From an uncultured Chloroflexia bacterium (GTDB lineage Bacteria; Chloroflexota; Chloroflexia; Thermomicrobiales; UBA6265), in the NCBI GenBank assembly GCA_963849635.1, contig CAWKIA010000040.1:145022-209021 (forward strand): a stretch of 64,000 nucleotides of DNA, given 5' to 3'. The notes beneath the pieces were generated by a model. It did not search any database. It was not told where the DNA came from and was given only the letters and a program-made list of their open reading frames with translations. Positions 9,309-18,445 of this stretch are shown here, piece after piece (position 1 is the first letter of the stretch; each line of letters opens with the position of its first letter). The translations under genes were made by a program, and so were the position numbers.

Positions 9309-10277
9309 ATGGAGGTCGCTCCGGGGATTCACCGGATCGAAAGCGTCCTGGGACCGCGGCCGTTTGCCCAGTATCTGCTGCGGGACGAGCGGTCGCTCCT
9401 GGTCGATAGCGGGGTGGTCTCGACCCCGGATGAGGTCATCCTGCCCTATCTGCGCCGGATGGGGATGGACCCGGCCGATCTCGCGTACGTCCTCATCTCG
9501 CACGCCGATGTCGACCACTTCGGTGGGACGGCCAGGATCGTGGCGGCCGCGCCGCGGGCGGTGGTGCTCGCGCATGCGCTGGACGCCCCGTGGGTGGCCA
9601 GCGGCGAACGCATCCTCCGAGAGCGCTACGGCTGGTACGAGGCCCACGGCCCGGCGGTGGACTACGACGCCGGGACGAAAGCGTGGCTGCGGGGGGCGCT
9701 GGGACCGGATGTCCCGGTCGATCTGGCGCTGCGCGGCGGGGAGACCATCCGGCTGGGGCCGAACCTGACGGTCGAGGTGCTGCACCTGCCCGGGCACACC
9801 CCGGGTCACGTCGGGCTATGGGAGCCGGTGAGCGGGACGGCGATCGTCACCGACGCGGTGCTGGGCGCTGGCCTCCTGGATACGGAGGGCCGGGTGATCC
9901 ATCCGCCGCCGTACTTCGACGTGGCGGCATACGCGGCCACGGTCGCGGCGGTGCGCGCGTTGCGACCGAATCGGCTGCTGACCGCCCATTTCGCGGTGAT
10001 GGAAGGGGCGGAGGTCGAGGCGTTCCTGGACGCGAGCGACGACTTTATCGTCCGAGCGCGGGCCGCCGTCGCCGAGATCCTGGCCGGATCCGGCGAGGTC
10101 GATCTCGCGGCGCTAGCGGCCGGCGCCGACGCGCGGCTGGGGCCGTTCACGTCGATGGCGAACGAGCTGGCGGGGACGGTCCGCGCCCACGCCGACGAGT
10201 TGGTGGCCGCGGGGGCGGCGCGTTCGGAGCCAGGGTCCGGTCGGTGGCGGGCGGTGACCAGCGGTGGGTCCTGCTGA
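9309..10277 (+). CDS. MBL-fold metallo-hydrolase
   Basis: ATG at 9309 (MEVAPGIHRIE) follows GAGGAGG. Metal-binding motifs are SHADVDHFGG and HLPGHTPGH. Confidence 0.8.
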   Translation: MEVAPGIHRIESVLGPRPFAQYLLRDERSLLVDSGVVSTPDEVILPYLRRMGMDPADLAYVLISHADVDHFGGTARIVAAAPRAVVLAHALDAPWVASGERILRERYGWYEAHGPAVDYDAGTKAWLRGALGPDVPVDLALRGGETIRLGPNLTVEVLHLPGHTPGHVGLWEPVSGTAIVTDAVLGAGLLDTEGRVIHPPPYFDVAAYAATVAAVRALRPNRLLTAHFAVMEGAEVEAFLDASDDFIVRARAAVAEILAGSGEVDLAALAAGADARLGPFTSMANELAGTVRAHADELVAAGAARSEPGSGRWRAVTSGGSC

Positions 10278-10362
10278 TGGCCAGCTTCAACGATGCGGAG
10301 GGGGCGGAGCGGGTGGTGGACATGGTCTCGGAGACGCCGAGCGGCGAAGGGGGAGAGACGGG

Positions 10363-11130
10363 ATGAGCCAGGCGAATCCGTTCGCGCTCGACGGGCGCGT
10401 CGCGATCGTGACCGGCGGAGGCGGCGGGCTGGGCGCGGGGCTGTGCGCGGCGCTGGCCTCGGCCGGGGCGTCCGTCGTCGTGGCCGGTCGGACGGAGGAG
10501 ACGATCACGAACGTCGCGGCGCAGGTCGTGGCGGCGGGTGGGGCGTGTCTGCCGGTCGTGGCCGATATCGCCGATTCGGCGTCGGTCGGACGGATGGTGG
10601 AGACGGCCGTCGAACGGTTCGGTGGAGTCGACATCCTGGTCAACAACGCCGCGATCTATCACCGTCGCCCCTGGACGGAGGTCGACGAAGACGAGTGGGA
10701 CGCAGTGCTGGCGACAAACCTGAAGGGGTTTTTCCTCTGCGCCCGCGCAGCCTTCCCATCCATGCGGGAGCGGGGCAACGGGCGGGTGATCAACGTGGCA
10801 TCGATCACGGTCTTCGGCGGGGTTCCGCTTCTGCTGCCGTACGTCGCTTCCAAGGGGGGAATCGTCGCGTTCACGCGCGCGCTGGCCCGGGAGGTCGGGC
10901 CGGACGCGATCACGGTCAACACGATCTCGCCGGGGGCCTTCCCGACCGACGCCGAGAAGATCCACCCCGACCAGGAGGGGTACACCCGCATGGTGCTGGA
11001 GGCGCAGAGCATCAAGCGGCGCGGGACCGCCGAGGATATCGGGCGGCTGGCGGTTTTTCTGGCGAGCGACGCCGCCTCCTTCATCACCGGGCAGATGATC
11101 GAGATCGACGGCGGCTGGATGATGCACTGA
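10363..11130 (+). CDS. SDR family oxidoreductase (FabG-like)
   Basis: ATG at 10363 (MSQANPFALDGRVAIVTGGGGGLG), with NNAA and YVASKGG (YxxxK). Confidence 0.85.
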   Translation: MSQANPFALDGRVAIVTGGGGGLGAGLCAALASAGASVVVAGRTEETITNVAAQVVAAGGACLPVVADIADSASVGRMVETAVERFGGVDILVNNAAIYHRRPWTEVDEDEWDAVLATNLKGFFLCARAAFPSMRERGNGRVINVASITVFGGVPLLLPYVASKGGIVAFTRALAREVGPDAITVNTISPGAFPTDAEKIHPDQEGYTRMVLEAQSIKRRGTAEDIGRLAVFLASDAASFITGQMIEIDGGWMMH

Positions 11131-12230
11131 TGGGCGAGCTGTGGGGGCGGCGCTACGGCCGTCGCGACCTGTCTCGCTACGCCGGGGGCTTGGAGCAGGT
11201 CGCCGGGGTGCGGCTGGTGACGCTCGGGGACGGCGCCGGGCGTGGAGTGCGCGTTCTGGAGTTCCGCACCGGGAGTGGGTTCGCCTTCGAGGTGGTCGTC
11301 GACCGGGCGATGGATATCGGCCGGTGCGAGCTGGCGGGCCGGGCGCTGGGCTGGCAATCACCGGTCGGCGTGGCCGGGCCGTGGTACGCCGAGCAGGCCG
11401 GACTGGGCTGGCTGCGCACCTTTGGGGGCGGGCTGCTGACGACCTGCGGCATCGACCACGCGCTGTTCATGGCCGAGGACACGGCCGAGCACTACCGCTA
11501 TCCGCCGAAGGTGACCGAGTCCTTCGGCCTGCACGGACGCGTCTCCAACCTGCCGGCCCGACTGACCGGATACGGCGAACGGTGGGAAGGGGATACCTGC
11601 GTCCTCTGGGCGGAGGGGGAGGTCGTGCAGGCGGCGGTCTTCGGGGAACACCTGCGGCTGCGGCGGCGGATCGAGACGCGGCTCGGCGCGTCCTGGCTGC
11701 GCATCCACGACGAGGTCGAGAACCTGGGGCAGGCGCCGACGCCCCACATGTACCTCTACCACGTCAACGTCGGCTTCCCGGTGCTCGATGACGGGGCGGA
11801 GCTGCTGGTCGCGGCGGACGATCCGATCGCGCGGGGGACGCACGACGTGGCGGGGTACCGACGGTTTCACGGGCCGCGGGCAGGGTACGTCGAGGAGGTG
11901 ACGGAGCACCGCGTCCGCGCGGAAGCGGATGGATCGGTGCCGGTGGCGATCGTGAACCGCGCGGCGGAGCTGGGGGTCTACGAGGTGTTCAACCGGGCGG
12001 CGATGCCGCACCATTTCATCTGGCGGATGCTGGGGGAGGGGACCTACGTGGTCGGCATCGAGCCGTCGACCAACCGCACGGCGGGGCGGCTCGACGCGCG
12101 GGAGCGGGGCGAGTTGACCATCCTCGAACCTGGGGACGCGCGGAGCTACGACCTCGAACTTGGGGCGCTCTCCGGCGCGGCAGAGATCGACGCGTTCGCC
12201 GCGCGGGTCGACGCGCTCGGGGCCGGGTGA
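11130..12230 (+). CDS. Aldose-1-epimerase-like protein (DUF4432-type)
   Basis: The ATG at 11130 overlaps the SDR stop (TGATG). The segment RVLEFRTGSGFAFEVVVDRAMDIGRCELAGRALGWQSPVG resembles the mutarotase-like DUF4432 family. The assignment is from memory of that family, not a search. Confidence 0.55.
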   Translation: MGELWGRRYGRRDLSRYAGGLEQVAGVRLVTLGDGAGRGVRVLEFRTGSGFAFEVVVDRAMDIGRCELAGRALGWQSPVGVAGPWYAEQAGLGWLRTFGGGLLTTCGIDHALFMAEDTAEHYRYPPKVTESFGLHGRVSNLPARLTGYGERWEGDTCVLWAEGEVVQAAVFGEHLRLRRRIETRLGASWLRIHDEVENLGQAPTPHMYLYHVNVGFPVLDDGAELLVAADDPIARGTHDVAGYRRFHGPRAGYVEEVTEHRVRAEADGSVPVAIVNRAAELGVYEVFNRAAMPHHFIWRMLGEGTYVVGIEPSTNRTAGRLDARERGELTILEPGDARSYDLELGALSGAAEIDAFAARVDALGAG

Positions 12231-12239
12231 TGCGCGCCC

Positions 12240-12544
12240 CGCGACCGGATCGGCGCGGCGGAGCAGCTCGTCGACCTGGCGATCTTCGCGGACGAGCGCG
12301 GAGACCGAGTCCGCGTGGTCCGGCTCTACGCAGCCGCCGACGCAGCGGGAGTCTGGCCTACGACCGCGAACGGGACGAGCAGCTCCTCCGGACCCTGCGC
12401 GAGCGCCCCGGCGAGGCGGGGTTCGCCGCGGCGTGGGCGGCCGGACGGGGGCTGCAGTTCGAGGGGGCCGTGGGCGAGGCGCTTCGGCCCAACGGGGCAA
12501 GGGCCTATGGCGATGCCGGCCGGTTGGGGCGGGTGAACGGCTGA
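12240..12544 (+). pseudogene. Decayed C-terminal fragment of a STAND/TPR/LuxR-type regulator paralog
   Basis: Two frames together read ..VRLYAAADAAG.. then ..RERDEQLLRTLRERPGEAGFAAAWAAGRGLQFEGAVGEAL. These match the pre-HTH segment of R1 (AARLYGAAEAL..; LVAELRAELGDEAFARAWSSGRALSAKDAVEEAL). There is no ATPase part, no HTH, and an internal frameshift. Confidence 0.45.
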
Positions 12545-12922
12545 CGGTCGCTGCCCGCTTGGCCGCGATCCGTTCGGGATCCGTCGTTGCGTCAACGCCC
12601 CGGCAACTGGCCCGGATCCCGGCGCAGGCGGCAAGCCGGATCGACGCGCGCCGCGCCTTGGCGACCACCACCCAGGCGTGGTCGTGACGCAACCGCGCGA
12701 GCGCCCCCTGACACTTCCGCCGTGGCTGTGTATGTCCACCGCATTGACACTCCGGCTTCGATACCGACCGAGATCGAGGGTCCCCTCGTGGATTGGCCAT
12801 CTCAGTGACGGGCGCATTTGAGGTGCTCAGACATTCATGACTTTTAAATGAAGGCGGATTGACGGCGCTCGCCCGCCCCAGCATCATTGACGTGACGTAA
12901 GCTACATCGCTGGACACGCAGA

Positions 12923-15412
12923 TTGATTCCGACAATGCCTCGTTCCCGACCCCAGGCCGAGCCACAGGTACAACCACAGCCGCAACCACTGACGCCGCCG
13001 CCGCGAGCGAGTGCCCGGCTACCGGTTCCCCTGACGCCCTTCGTCGGGCGCGAGGACGAGGTGGATCTCGCCGTGTCGCTCCTGCGCCGCGACGAGATTC
13101 GGTTGCTCACCCTGACCGGTTCGGGTGGCGTTGGCAAGACCCGGATGGCGATCAAGGTTGCGGGCGATCTCGCCGCCGAGTTCGCCGATGGCGTCGTTTT
13201 CGTTCCCCTTGCGGGTCTCGCCGATCCGGAGCGCGTGGGCGACGCGGTCGCGACCGCACTGGAGATCGGTCAGGTCGGCGTCCTTCCATTGCGGGAGGTG
13301 CTGCTCACGGGTCTGGCCGCCGCGAACGTGCTGCTGGTGCTCGACAACTTTGAGCACCTTCTGCCCGCGGCCGATCTGGTGACCGACATCCTCCTGACCG
13401 CGCCGCTGGTCAAGATCATGGTCACAAGCCGGACGTTACTCCGAGTGTCCGGGGAGCAATCGTTCCCGGTGCCGCCACTTGGCCTGCCGGACCCTGGAGA
13501 CGGCGTATCGCTGGCGGAGGTCATGAAATCGCCGGCGGTGCGGGTTTTCGCGATGCGGGCGGCGTCCGTCGTGCCGTCGTTCGCCATCACCGAGACGACC
13601 GCGCCGGTGGTGGTCGACATTTGCCGCCGGCTGGATGGCCTGCCGCTGGCGATCGAGCTGGCCGCGGCCCGGGTCAACGTCCTCCCACTCTCCGCGGTGC
13701 GTGACCGGCTGGACCGACGCTTGCCCTTGTTGACCGGAGGTTCGCGAGACGCCCCGCGCCGCCATCAGACCATGCGCGATGCGATTTCCTGGAGCTATGG
13801 CCTGCTTACCGAGGACGAGCAGACAGTTTTCCGGCGGTTGGCCGTCTTCGCCGGGGGGTTTACGCTCGACGCCGCCGAGGCGGTCGGTGATCCCGCCAGC
13901 GAGGCATCGGAACGCAACCATGGGGCTGAGTCGACTGCTGGATCGGCTGTGGGCATTGCGTCGGGTTTCTTGCGCGAGCACCGTCGATTGCGGTTGTCCG
14001 TGCTGGAAGTTGTGGGGTCTCTGGTCGACAAGAGCCTCCTCCACCAGGAGGCGTCCCCGACAAACGCACCGAGGTTCAGCTTGCTTGAGACGGTGCGTGC
14101 CTATGCGCTTGAACAGTTGGAGGCAAGCGGCGAGTTATCCGCCGCGCGGCGCCTACATGCTGACTGGTGCCTGAGATTTGTCGACGAGTTCGGACATGGC
14201 TCGCTTACGATGCTGGCGGAGCTGTCGTGGTTGCCGGCGGTCGAAGCTGAGCACGACAATGTTTTGGCAGCGCTCGCCTGGTTGGAGGGCAGCGGCGATG
14301 TCGTTGGAATGCTTCGCCTAGCGTCTGCGGTGCGGCCTCTGTGGGAGGTGAGGGGGCACCACGAGGAGGCGATCGCGCAGCTTGAGCGCGGGCTAGCACT
14401 TGGCGGTCACGATGGCAGGGTCCCGATCGCCATCCGGATGACGGCATTGGCCGGCCTGGGGCGCCACTACATGCGACAAGGAAAACTCGACGCGGCGCAC
14501 GCTCGGGTTCAAGCGTCGTTGGAACTCGCCGAGGTCCTGGGCGACCGCGAGGCGATGGCGACCATGCTCTATGCCATCGGCGGGGCGGAAACCAACCGGG
14601 AGCAGTATGACCGTGCGACCCCGTATCTGGACCAGGCACTTGCCATCTATGAGCAGCTCGACGTTCCGGTCGGGATCTGCGGGTGCCATTACTTTCGCGG
14701 CATCGGCGCGTATGGTCAGGGGAGAATGGCCGATGGGGTTGCCGAGATTGAGGCCGCGGTGCACGTCCGGCGAACACGCGGACCGGTCTACAACCTCAGC
14801 GTTCTGCTCAACGCGCTTGGCCTCCTCCTTAGCGAATCGGGAGCGGTCGAGCCGGCGATGGCTGCCCTGACCGAGAGTCGTACGGTCTGGCAATTGGCCG
14901 CCGGAACGAACCGGGAAGTGCAGGCCGAGTGGCTGGCCGCGGCGGCGCTCCTGGAACGCCGGCGCCACAAGCCCTGGTTGGCCGCACGGCTTTATGGCGC
15001 GGCGGAGGCGCTCACCGAGCTGGCGGGCGTGCCATTGGTGGTGCCGCCGCCAAGCCAGTATGCCCGGCTGGTGGCCGAACTCCGTGCGGAGCTTGGGGAC
15101 GAAGCGTTTGCGCGCGCGTGGTCCTCGGGTCGGGCACTGAGCGCCAAGGATGCGGTCGAGGAGGCGTTGGCGCCTCCGTCGGATCCGGCCGATGGAGCCG
15201 CCGCGACGCTCACCTCACGTGAGCTGGAGGTGCTCACGCTCATCGCTCGGGGGAAGTCCGACCGCACGATCGCCGAGGAGCTGTTCGTCAGCGTGCGCAC
15301 GGTTGAAGGACACGTGGCCCGCATTCTCACCAAGCTCGGTGTTCGATCCCGTGCGGATGCGGCCCGACATGCCGTTGCCGGTGGTCTTGTCGGACGGAGC
15401 GAACTAGACTAG
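12923..15412 (+). CDS. STAND ATPase / TPR / LuxR-family transcriptional regulator (R1)
   Basis: 829-aa ORF with Walker A LTLTGSGGVGKTRMA and Walker B LLVLDNFEH. It has a long helical-repeat middle and a C-terminal LuxR HTH (LTSRELEVLTLIARGKSDRTIAEELFVSVRTVEGHVARILTKLGV). The start is uncertain (12923 or 12935). Confidence 0.85.
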   Translation: MIPTMPRSRPQAEPQVQPQPQPLTPPPRASARLPVPLTPFVGREDEVDLAVSLLRRDEIRLLTLTGSGGVGKTRMAIKVAGDLAAEFADGVVFVPLAGLADPERVGDAVATALEIGQVGVLPLREVLLTGLAAANVLLVLDNFEHLLPAADLVTDILLTAPLVKIMVTSRTLLRVSGEQSFPVPPLGLPDPGDGVSLAEVMKSPAVRVFAMRAASVVPSFAITETTAPVVVDICRRLDGLPLAIELAAARVNVLPLSAVRDRLDRRLPLLTGGSRDAPRRHQTMRDAISWSYGLLTEDEQTVFRRLAVFAGGFTLDAAEAVGDPASEASERNHGAESTAGSAVGIASGFLREHRRLRLSVLEVVGSLVDKSLLHQEASPTNAPRFSLLETVRAYALEQLEASGELSAARRLHADWCLRFVDEFGHGSLTMLAELSWLPAVEAEHDNVLAALAWLEGSGDVVGMLRLASAVRPLWEVRGHHEEAIAQLERGLALGGHDGRVPIAIRMTALAGLGRHYMRQGKLDAAHARVQASLELAEVLGDREAMATMLYAIGGAETNREQYDRATPYLDQALAIYEQLDVPVGICGCHYFRGIGAYGQGRMADGVAEIEAAVHVRRTRGPVYNLSVLLNALGLLLSESGAVEPAMAALTESRTVWQLAAGTNREVQAEWLAAAALLERRRHKPWLAARLYGAAEALTELAGVPLVVPPPSQYARLVAELRAELGDEAFARAWSSGRALSAKDAVEEALAPPSDPADGAAATLTSRELEVLTLIARGKSDRTIAEELFVSVRTVEGHVARILTKLGVRSRADAARHAVAGGLVGRSELD

Positions 15413-15537
15413 CCATAAAGTTCTGGTTAGTTAGTACTCCCTGGTGGGGCGCGACGGGTGCAAAATGGGTGGCATGAGCGGGCCACAGATAGTTCATGAA
15501 CGTCCTCATTTGACTTCTGTCCTTCGCGCCGTACCCG

Positions 15538-17952
15538 ATGCGGACGGTGTGCCGGGCGTCTCGTGGTCGGGTGCCTATGCCGTTGACGGCGCTATTCGGC
15601 CGGGAGCAAGAAGCGGCGCTTGCCGTTTCGTTGTTGCGGCGGGACGATGTGCGCCTCTTGACGCTAACCGGGCCGGGTGGAGTCGGTAAGACTCGGCTGG
15701 CGATCAAGATCGCGGACGAGGTCGCGGAGCTGTTTCGCGACGGCGTCCGGTTTGTCTCGCTGGCGGCGGTGACCGCCGATGACCAGGTCGCCATAACCAT
15801 CGCCCACGCGTTTGGGTTAGTCGGGGCCGGCGACATTCCCGTGCTGGACACCCTGACGGCGTATCTGCGCGATGCCGACCTGTTGCTCATCGTCGATAAC
15901 CTTGAGCATGTGCTGGAAGCAGCTCCTCTCCTGACTGTTCTCCTCGGGGAATGTCCGCGTCTCAAGATCCTGGCAACAAGCCGGACCCTGTTGCGGCTCG
16001 CCGGCGAGCAAGCCCTCCCGGTGCCGCCGCTGGGAATGCCCGAACCAAGCTCGGAGACCCTGTACGAAGAGATCACCGATTCGGCCGCGGTCGCGCTCTT
16101 TGTCAACCGGGCGCGGGCTGTTTCGCCGTGGTTCGACCTGACCGCGGAATCGGCGCCTGTGGTCGCCGAGATCTGCCGGCATGTAGACGGCCTGCCGCTG
16201 GCGATCGAGCTGGCGGCGGCCCAGATCAGGGTGCTTGCGCCGCTGCAACTGCTTGAGCGGGTACGCGCGCACTTGCCGCTCCCGCTCACCGGTCCGCGCG
16301 ATGTGCCGGTGCGCCTGCGCTCCGTGCGTGACGCGGTCGCCTGGAGTTACGGTCTGCTGACGGCCGACGAGCAGTCGCTCTTCCGATGCCTTGGCGTCTT
16401 CGTCGGCGGCTTCGGGCTCAACGCCGCCGAAGTCGTGAGTCGTGAGTCGAGAGACGTGAGTAACGAGACGGCGAGCAGTTCTCATGACTCACGACTCACG
16501 ACTCACGACTCAATGCTTGACGGCCTGATCTCCCTCGTCGAAAAGAGTCTGGTGAAGCAGGAGCCCTGGGAGGGGGAGTCCTGGGTGGGAGAGCCCCGCT
16601 ACTCCATGCTCGAGACTATCCGCTCGTTTGCGCTGGACCAATTGATCGGGAGCGGTGAGGAGGACGCGGTGCGCGATGCGCACGCGGAATGGTGTTTGAG
16701 CCTGGCGGAGGGGACCCTCCAGGCGACCTTCCTTCCGGGTGGTCAGCAGGAGTTGTGGCGCCTGGAAGTCGAGCATGCCAACCTGCGGGCCACGCTCAAT
16801 TGGCTCGATCGACGGGGCGACCACGATCGCCTGCTGCACCTGGCTACCGCGCTGGGCCGGTTCTGGTTCTTGCACGGTCACTACGATGAGGGGCGCTCGT
16901 GGTTGGAACGGGCGTTAAGTAACTCCCAGGGAGCCGCGCCCCTCGCCCGGGCTCAAGCGCAATATGAGCTGGGCCAACTCCACTACGTCCAGGGTGAGCG
17001 GGAGTGTGGCGAGGCGCTCTTGGAGAAGAGCATCGATGTCCTGCGCGAGCACGACGACGTCCTGCCGCTCACAGGTGCGCTCATTTGGAAGGCCTGGACC
17101 GCGATCTTCCGCGGGGACTACGATCAGGCCGAACGCGATCTTGAGGAGGCCATTGGCTGGGCGGCGACCGTCCCGGATCCGGCGGTCGCCGCCTCCGCGA
17201 CAAGCAGGGTGCTGTCGAACCTCGGCGTGGTCGCGCACGAGCGGGGTGACCTCGAGACCGCCCGTGCGCGGCACGAACGGGCCCTGCACACCTGCCGCGA
17301 GCTCGGCGACGTCATCGGCGTCATCCGCTCGTTGCACGACCTCGGCGATGTTGCCTGTGACCAGACCGACTACACCGGAGCGATCGCCTCCTACCGCGAG
17401 TGCCTGACGCTGCAGGGCAATCGGATGCATCCACTCGTCGTCGTTAATGTGCTGGCCAGATCGGCGCTGGCCGCGGCGGCCTGGGGGCAACCGGAACGGG
17501 CGGCGCGGCTGCTGGGCGCGGCGGAAACGGCGCGCGAGCGGTTCCGGCTCGGGGTTGAACTGCCGGCCGAGCGGGCCGCGCACATGCGGGCGGTCGCGCT
17601 CGTCCGCCTGGCGTTGGGAGAAGAGAACCTCCGAGCTGCCTGGCAGGCCGGGCGCCGTCTTCCCCTGGCGACGGCCATCGCCGAGGTGCAGGCCCTGGCG
17701 CTGCCCGCGGCGGCCGCCGGGGCCATCGACCGCCCCTCCTCCGGGCTATCGCCCCGGGAGGAGGAAGTCCTCCGCCTCCTCGTGGCTGGCCAGTCCGATC
17801 GCGAGATCGCCTCGAAGCTCTTCATTAGCGTGCGCACCGCAGAGGGACATGTCTCCCGCGTCCTCGCCAAGCTCGAGGCTCCATCGCGGGCAGATGCCGT
17901 CCGCATCGCGACCGCGTCCGGGCTGACTGCCGGGCTTCACCGTCCCAAGTAG
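15538..17952 (+). CDS. STAND ATPase / TPR / LuxR-family transcriptional regulator (R2)
   Basis: 804-aa ORF with [24 protein letters not shown] and a C-terminal LuxR HTH ([45 protein letters not shown]). The start is uncertain (15538 or 15577). Confidence 0.85.
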   Translation: MRTVCRASRGRVPMPLTALFGREQEAALAVSLLRRDDVRLLTLTGPGGVGKTRLAIKIADEVAELFRDGVRFVSLAAVTADDQVAITIAHAFGLVGAGDIPVLDTLTAYLRDADLLLIVDNLEHVLEAAPLLTVLLGECPRLKILATSRTLLRLAGEQALPVPPLGMPEPSSETLYEEITDSAAVALFVNRARAVSPWFDLTAESAPVVAEICRHVDGLPLAIELAAAQIRVLAPLQLLERVRAHLPLPLTGPRDVPVRLRSVRDAVAWSYGLLTADEQSLFRCLGVFVGGFGLNAAEVVSRESRDVSNETASSSHDSRLTTHDSMLDGLISLVEKSLVKQEPWEGESWVGEPRYSMLETIRSFALDQLIGSGEEDAVRDAHAEWCLSLAEGTLQATFLPGGQQELWRLEVEHANLRATLNWLDRRGDHDRLLHLATALGRFWFLHGHYDEGRSWLERALSNSQGAAPLARAQAQYELGQLHYVQGERECGEALLEKSIDVLREHDDVLPLTGALIWKAWTAIFRGDYDQAERDLEEAIGWAATVPDPAVAASATSRVLSNLGVVAHERGDLETARARHERALHTCRELGDVIGVIRSLHDLGDVACDQTDYTGAIASYRECLTLQGNRMHPLVVVNVLARSALAAAAWGQPERAARLLGAAETARERFRLGVELPAERAAHMRAVALVRLALGEENLRAAWQAGRRLPLATAIAEVQALALPAAAAGAIDRPSSGLSPREEEVLRLLVAGQSDREIASKLFISVRTAEGHVSRVLAKLEAPSRADAVRIATASGLTAGLHRPK
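16431..16512 (+). repeat. In-frame heptamer-armed perfect hairpin inside R2
   Basis: 16431-16449 AGTCGTGAGTCGTGAGTCG is the exact reverse complement of 16492-16510 CGACTCACGACTCACGACT. The arms are tandem GTGAGTC / GACTCAC heptamers. Confidence 0.9.
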
Positions 17953-18010
17953 TTTCGTTCTCACGCCCCTCAAGCGTATCCGCCAAGGCGAGATACATGC
18001 TTCGCCCTGC

Positions 18011-18047
18011 CTCGAACACGTACTCGAACACGTACCGATACGTATCG
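18011..18047 (+). promoter_or_regulatory. Candidate operator: 12-nt direct repeat followed by a 12-nt perfect palindrome
   Basis: CTCGAACACGTA occurs twice (18011-18022 and 18023-18034), followed by the self-complementary CGATACGTATCG (18036-18047). It lies in the 170-nt gap between the R2 stop and the 18125 gene. Confidence 0.25.
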
Positions 18048-18124
18048 ATTCCGGCTCACCGCGGGCATAGAGTCGAATTCACACTCGATGCCGTGAGGCA
18101 AGATCCAATTCGAGGGAGACAGGT

Positions 18125-18409
18125 GTGCCTGCCTTGTTGATTCGCCACAGAGTGGCCGACTACGACACCTGGAAGCGGATCTTCGACGGCGACGCGGAAA
18201 CTCGCCGGGCCAACGGTGGTCAGCGCGAGTGGATCTACCGGAGCGGCAAGGACGGCAACGAGATCTGGCTCTTTCTGGAATGGGACGATCTGGCCCGCGC
18301 TCGGTTGTTCACGCTGTCCGACGACCTGATCGACATCTTGGAGCGCGCAGGGGTCTGCGACCGTCCAGACTATTGGTATCTCGAGGAGACGATTCCTCTC
18401 ATGCACTGA
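18125..18409 (+). CDS. Small conserved-looking hypothetical protein (94 aa)
   Basis: GTG start follows GAGGGAGACAGG. The composition is normal (MPALLIRHRVADYDTWKRIFDGDAETRRANGG...). It may have a dimeric alpha/beta-barrel-like fold, but I cannot verify that. Confidence 0.55.
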   Translation: MPALLIRHRVADYDTWKRIFDGDAETRRANGGQREWIYRSGKDGNEIWLFLEWDDLARARLFTLSDDLIDILERAGVCDRPDYWYLEETIPLMH

Positions 18410-18445
18410 CTCGCCGCGCATCGACGTCTCATCTGGAGGAGTTTC

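Noticed and set aside
12700-12935. Four ATTGA(C/T) motifs upstream of R1 as promoter -35 boxes or a regulator binding array.
   Set aside because: No properly spaced -10 element accompanies any of them, and the spacing between copies is irregular.
16431-16512. Heptamer tandem repeats as a CRISPR array or minisatellite.
   Set aside because: The units are 7 nt with no spacers, in only 2-4 copies, arranged as inverted arms inside an ORF. This is not CRISPR architecture.
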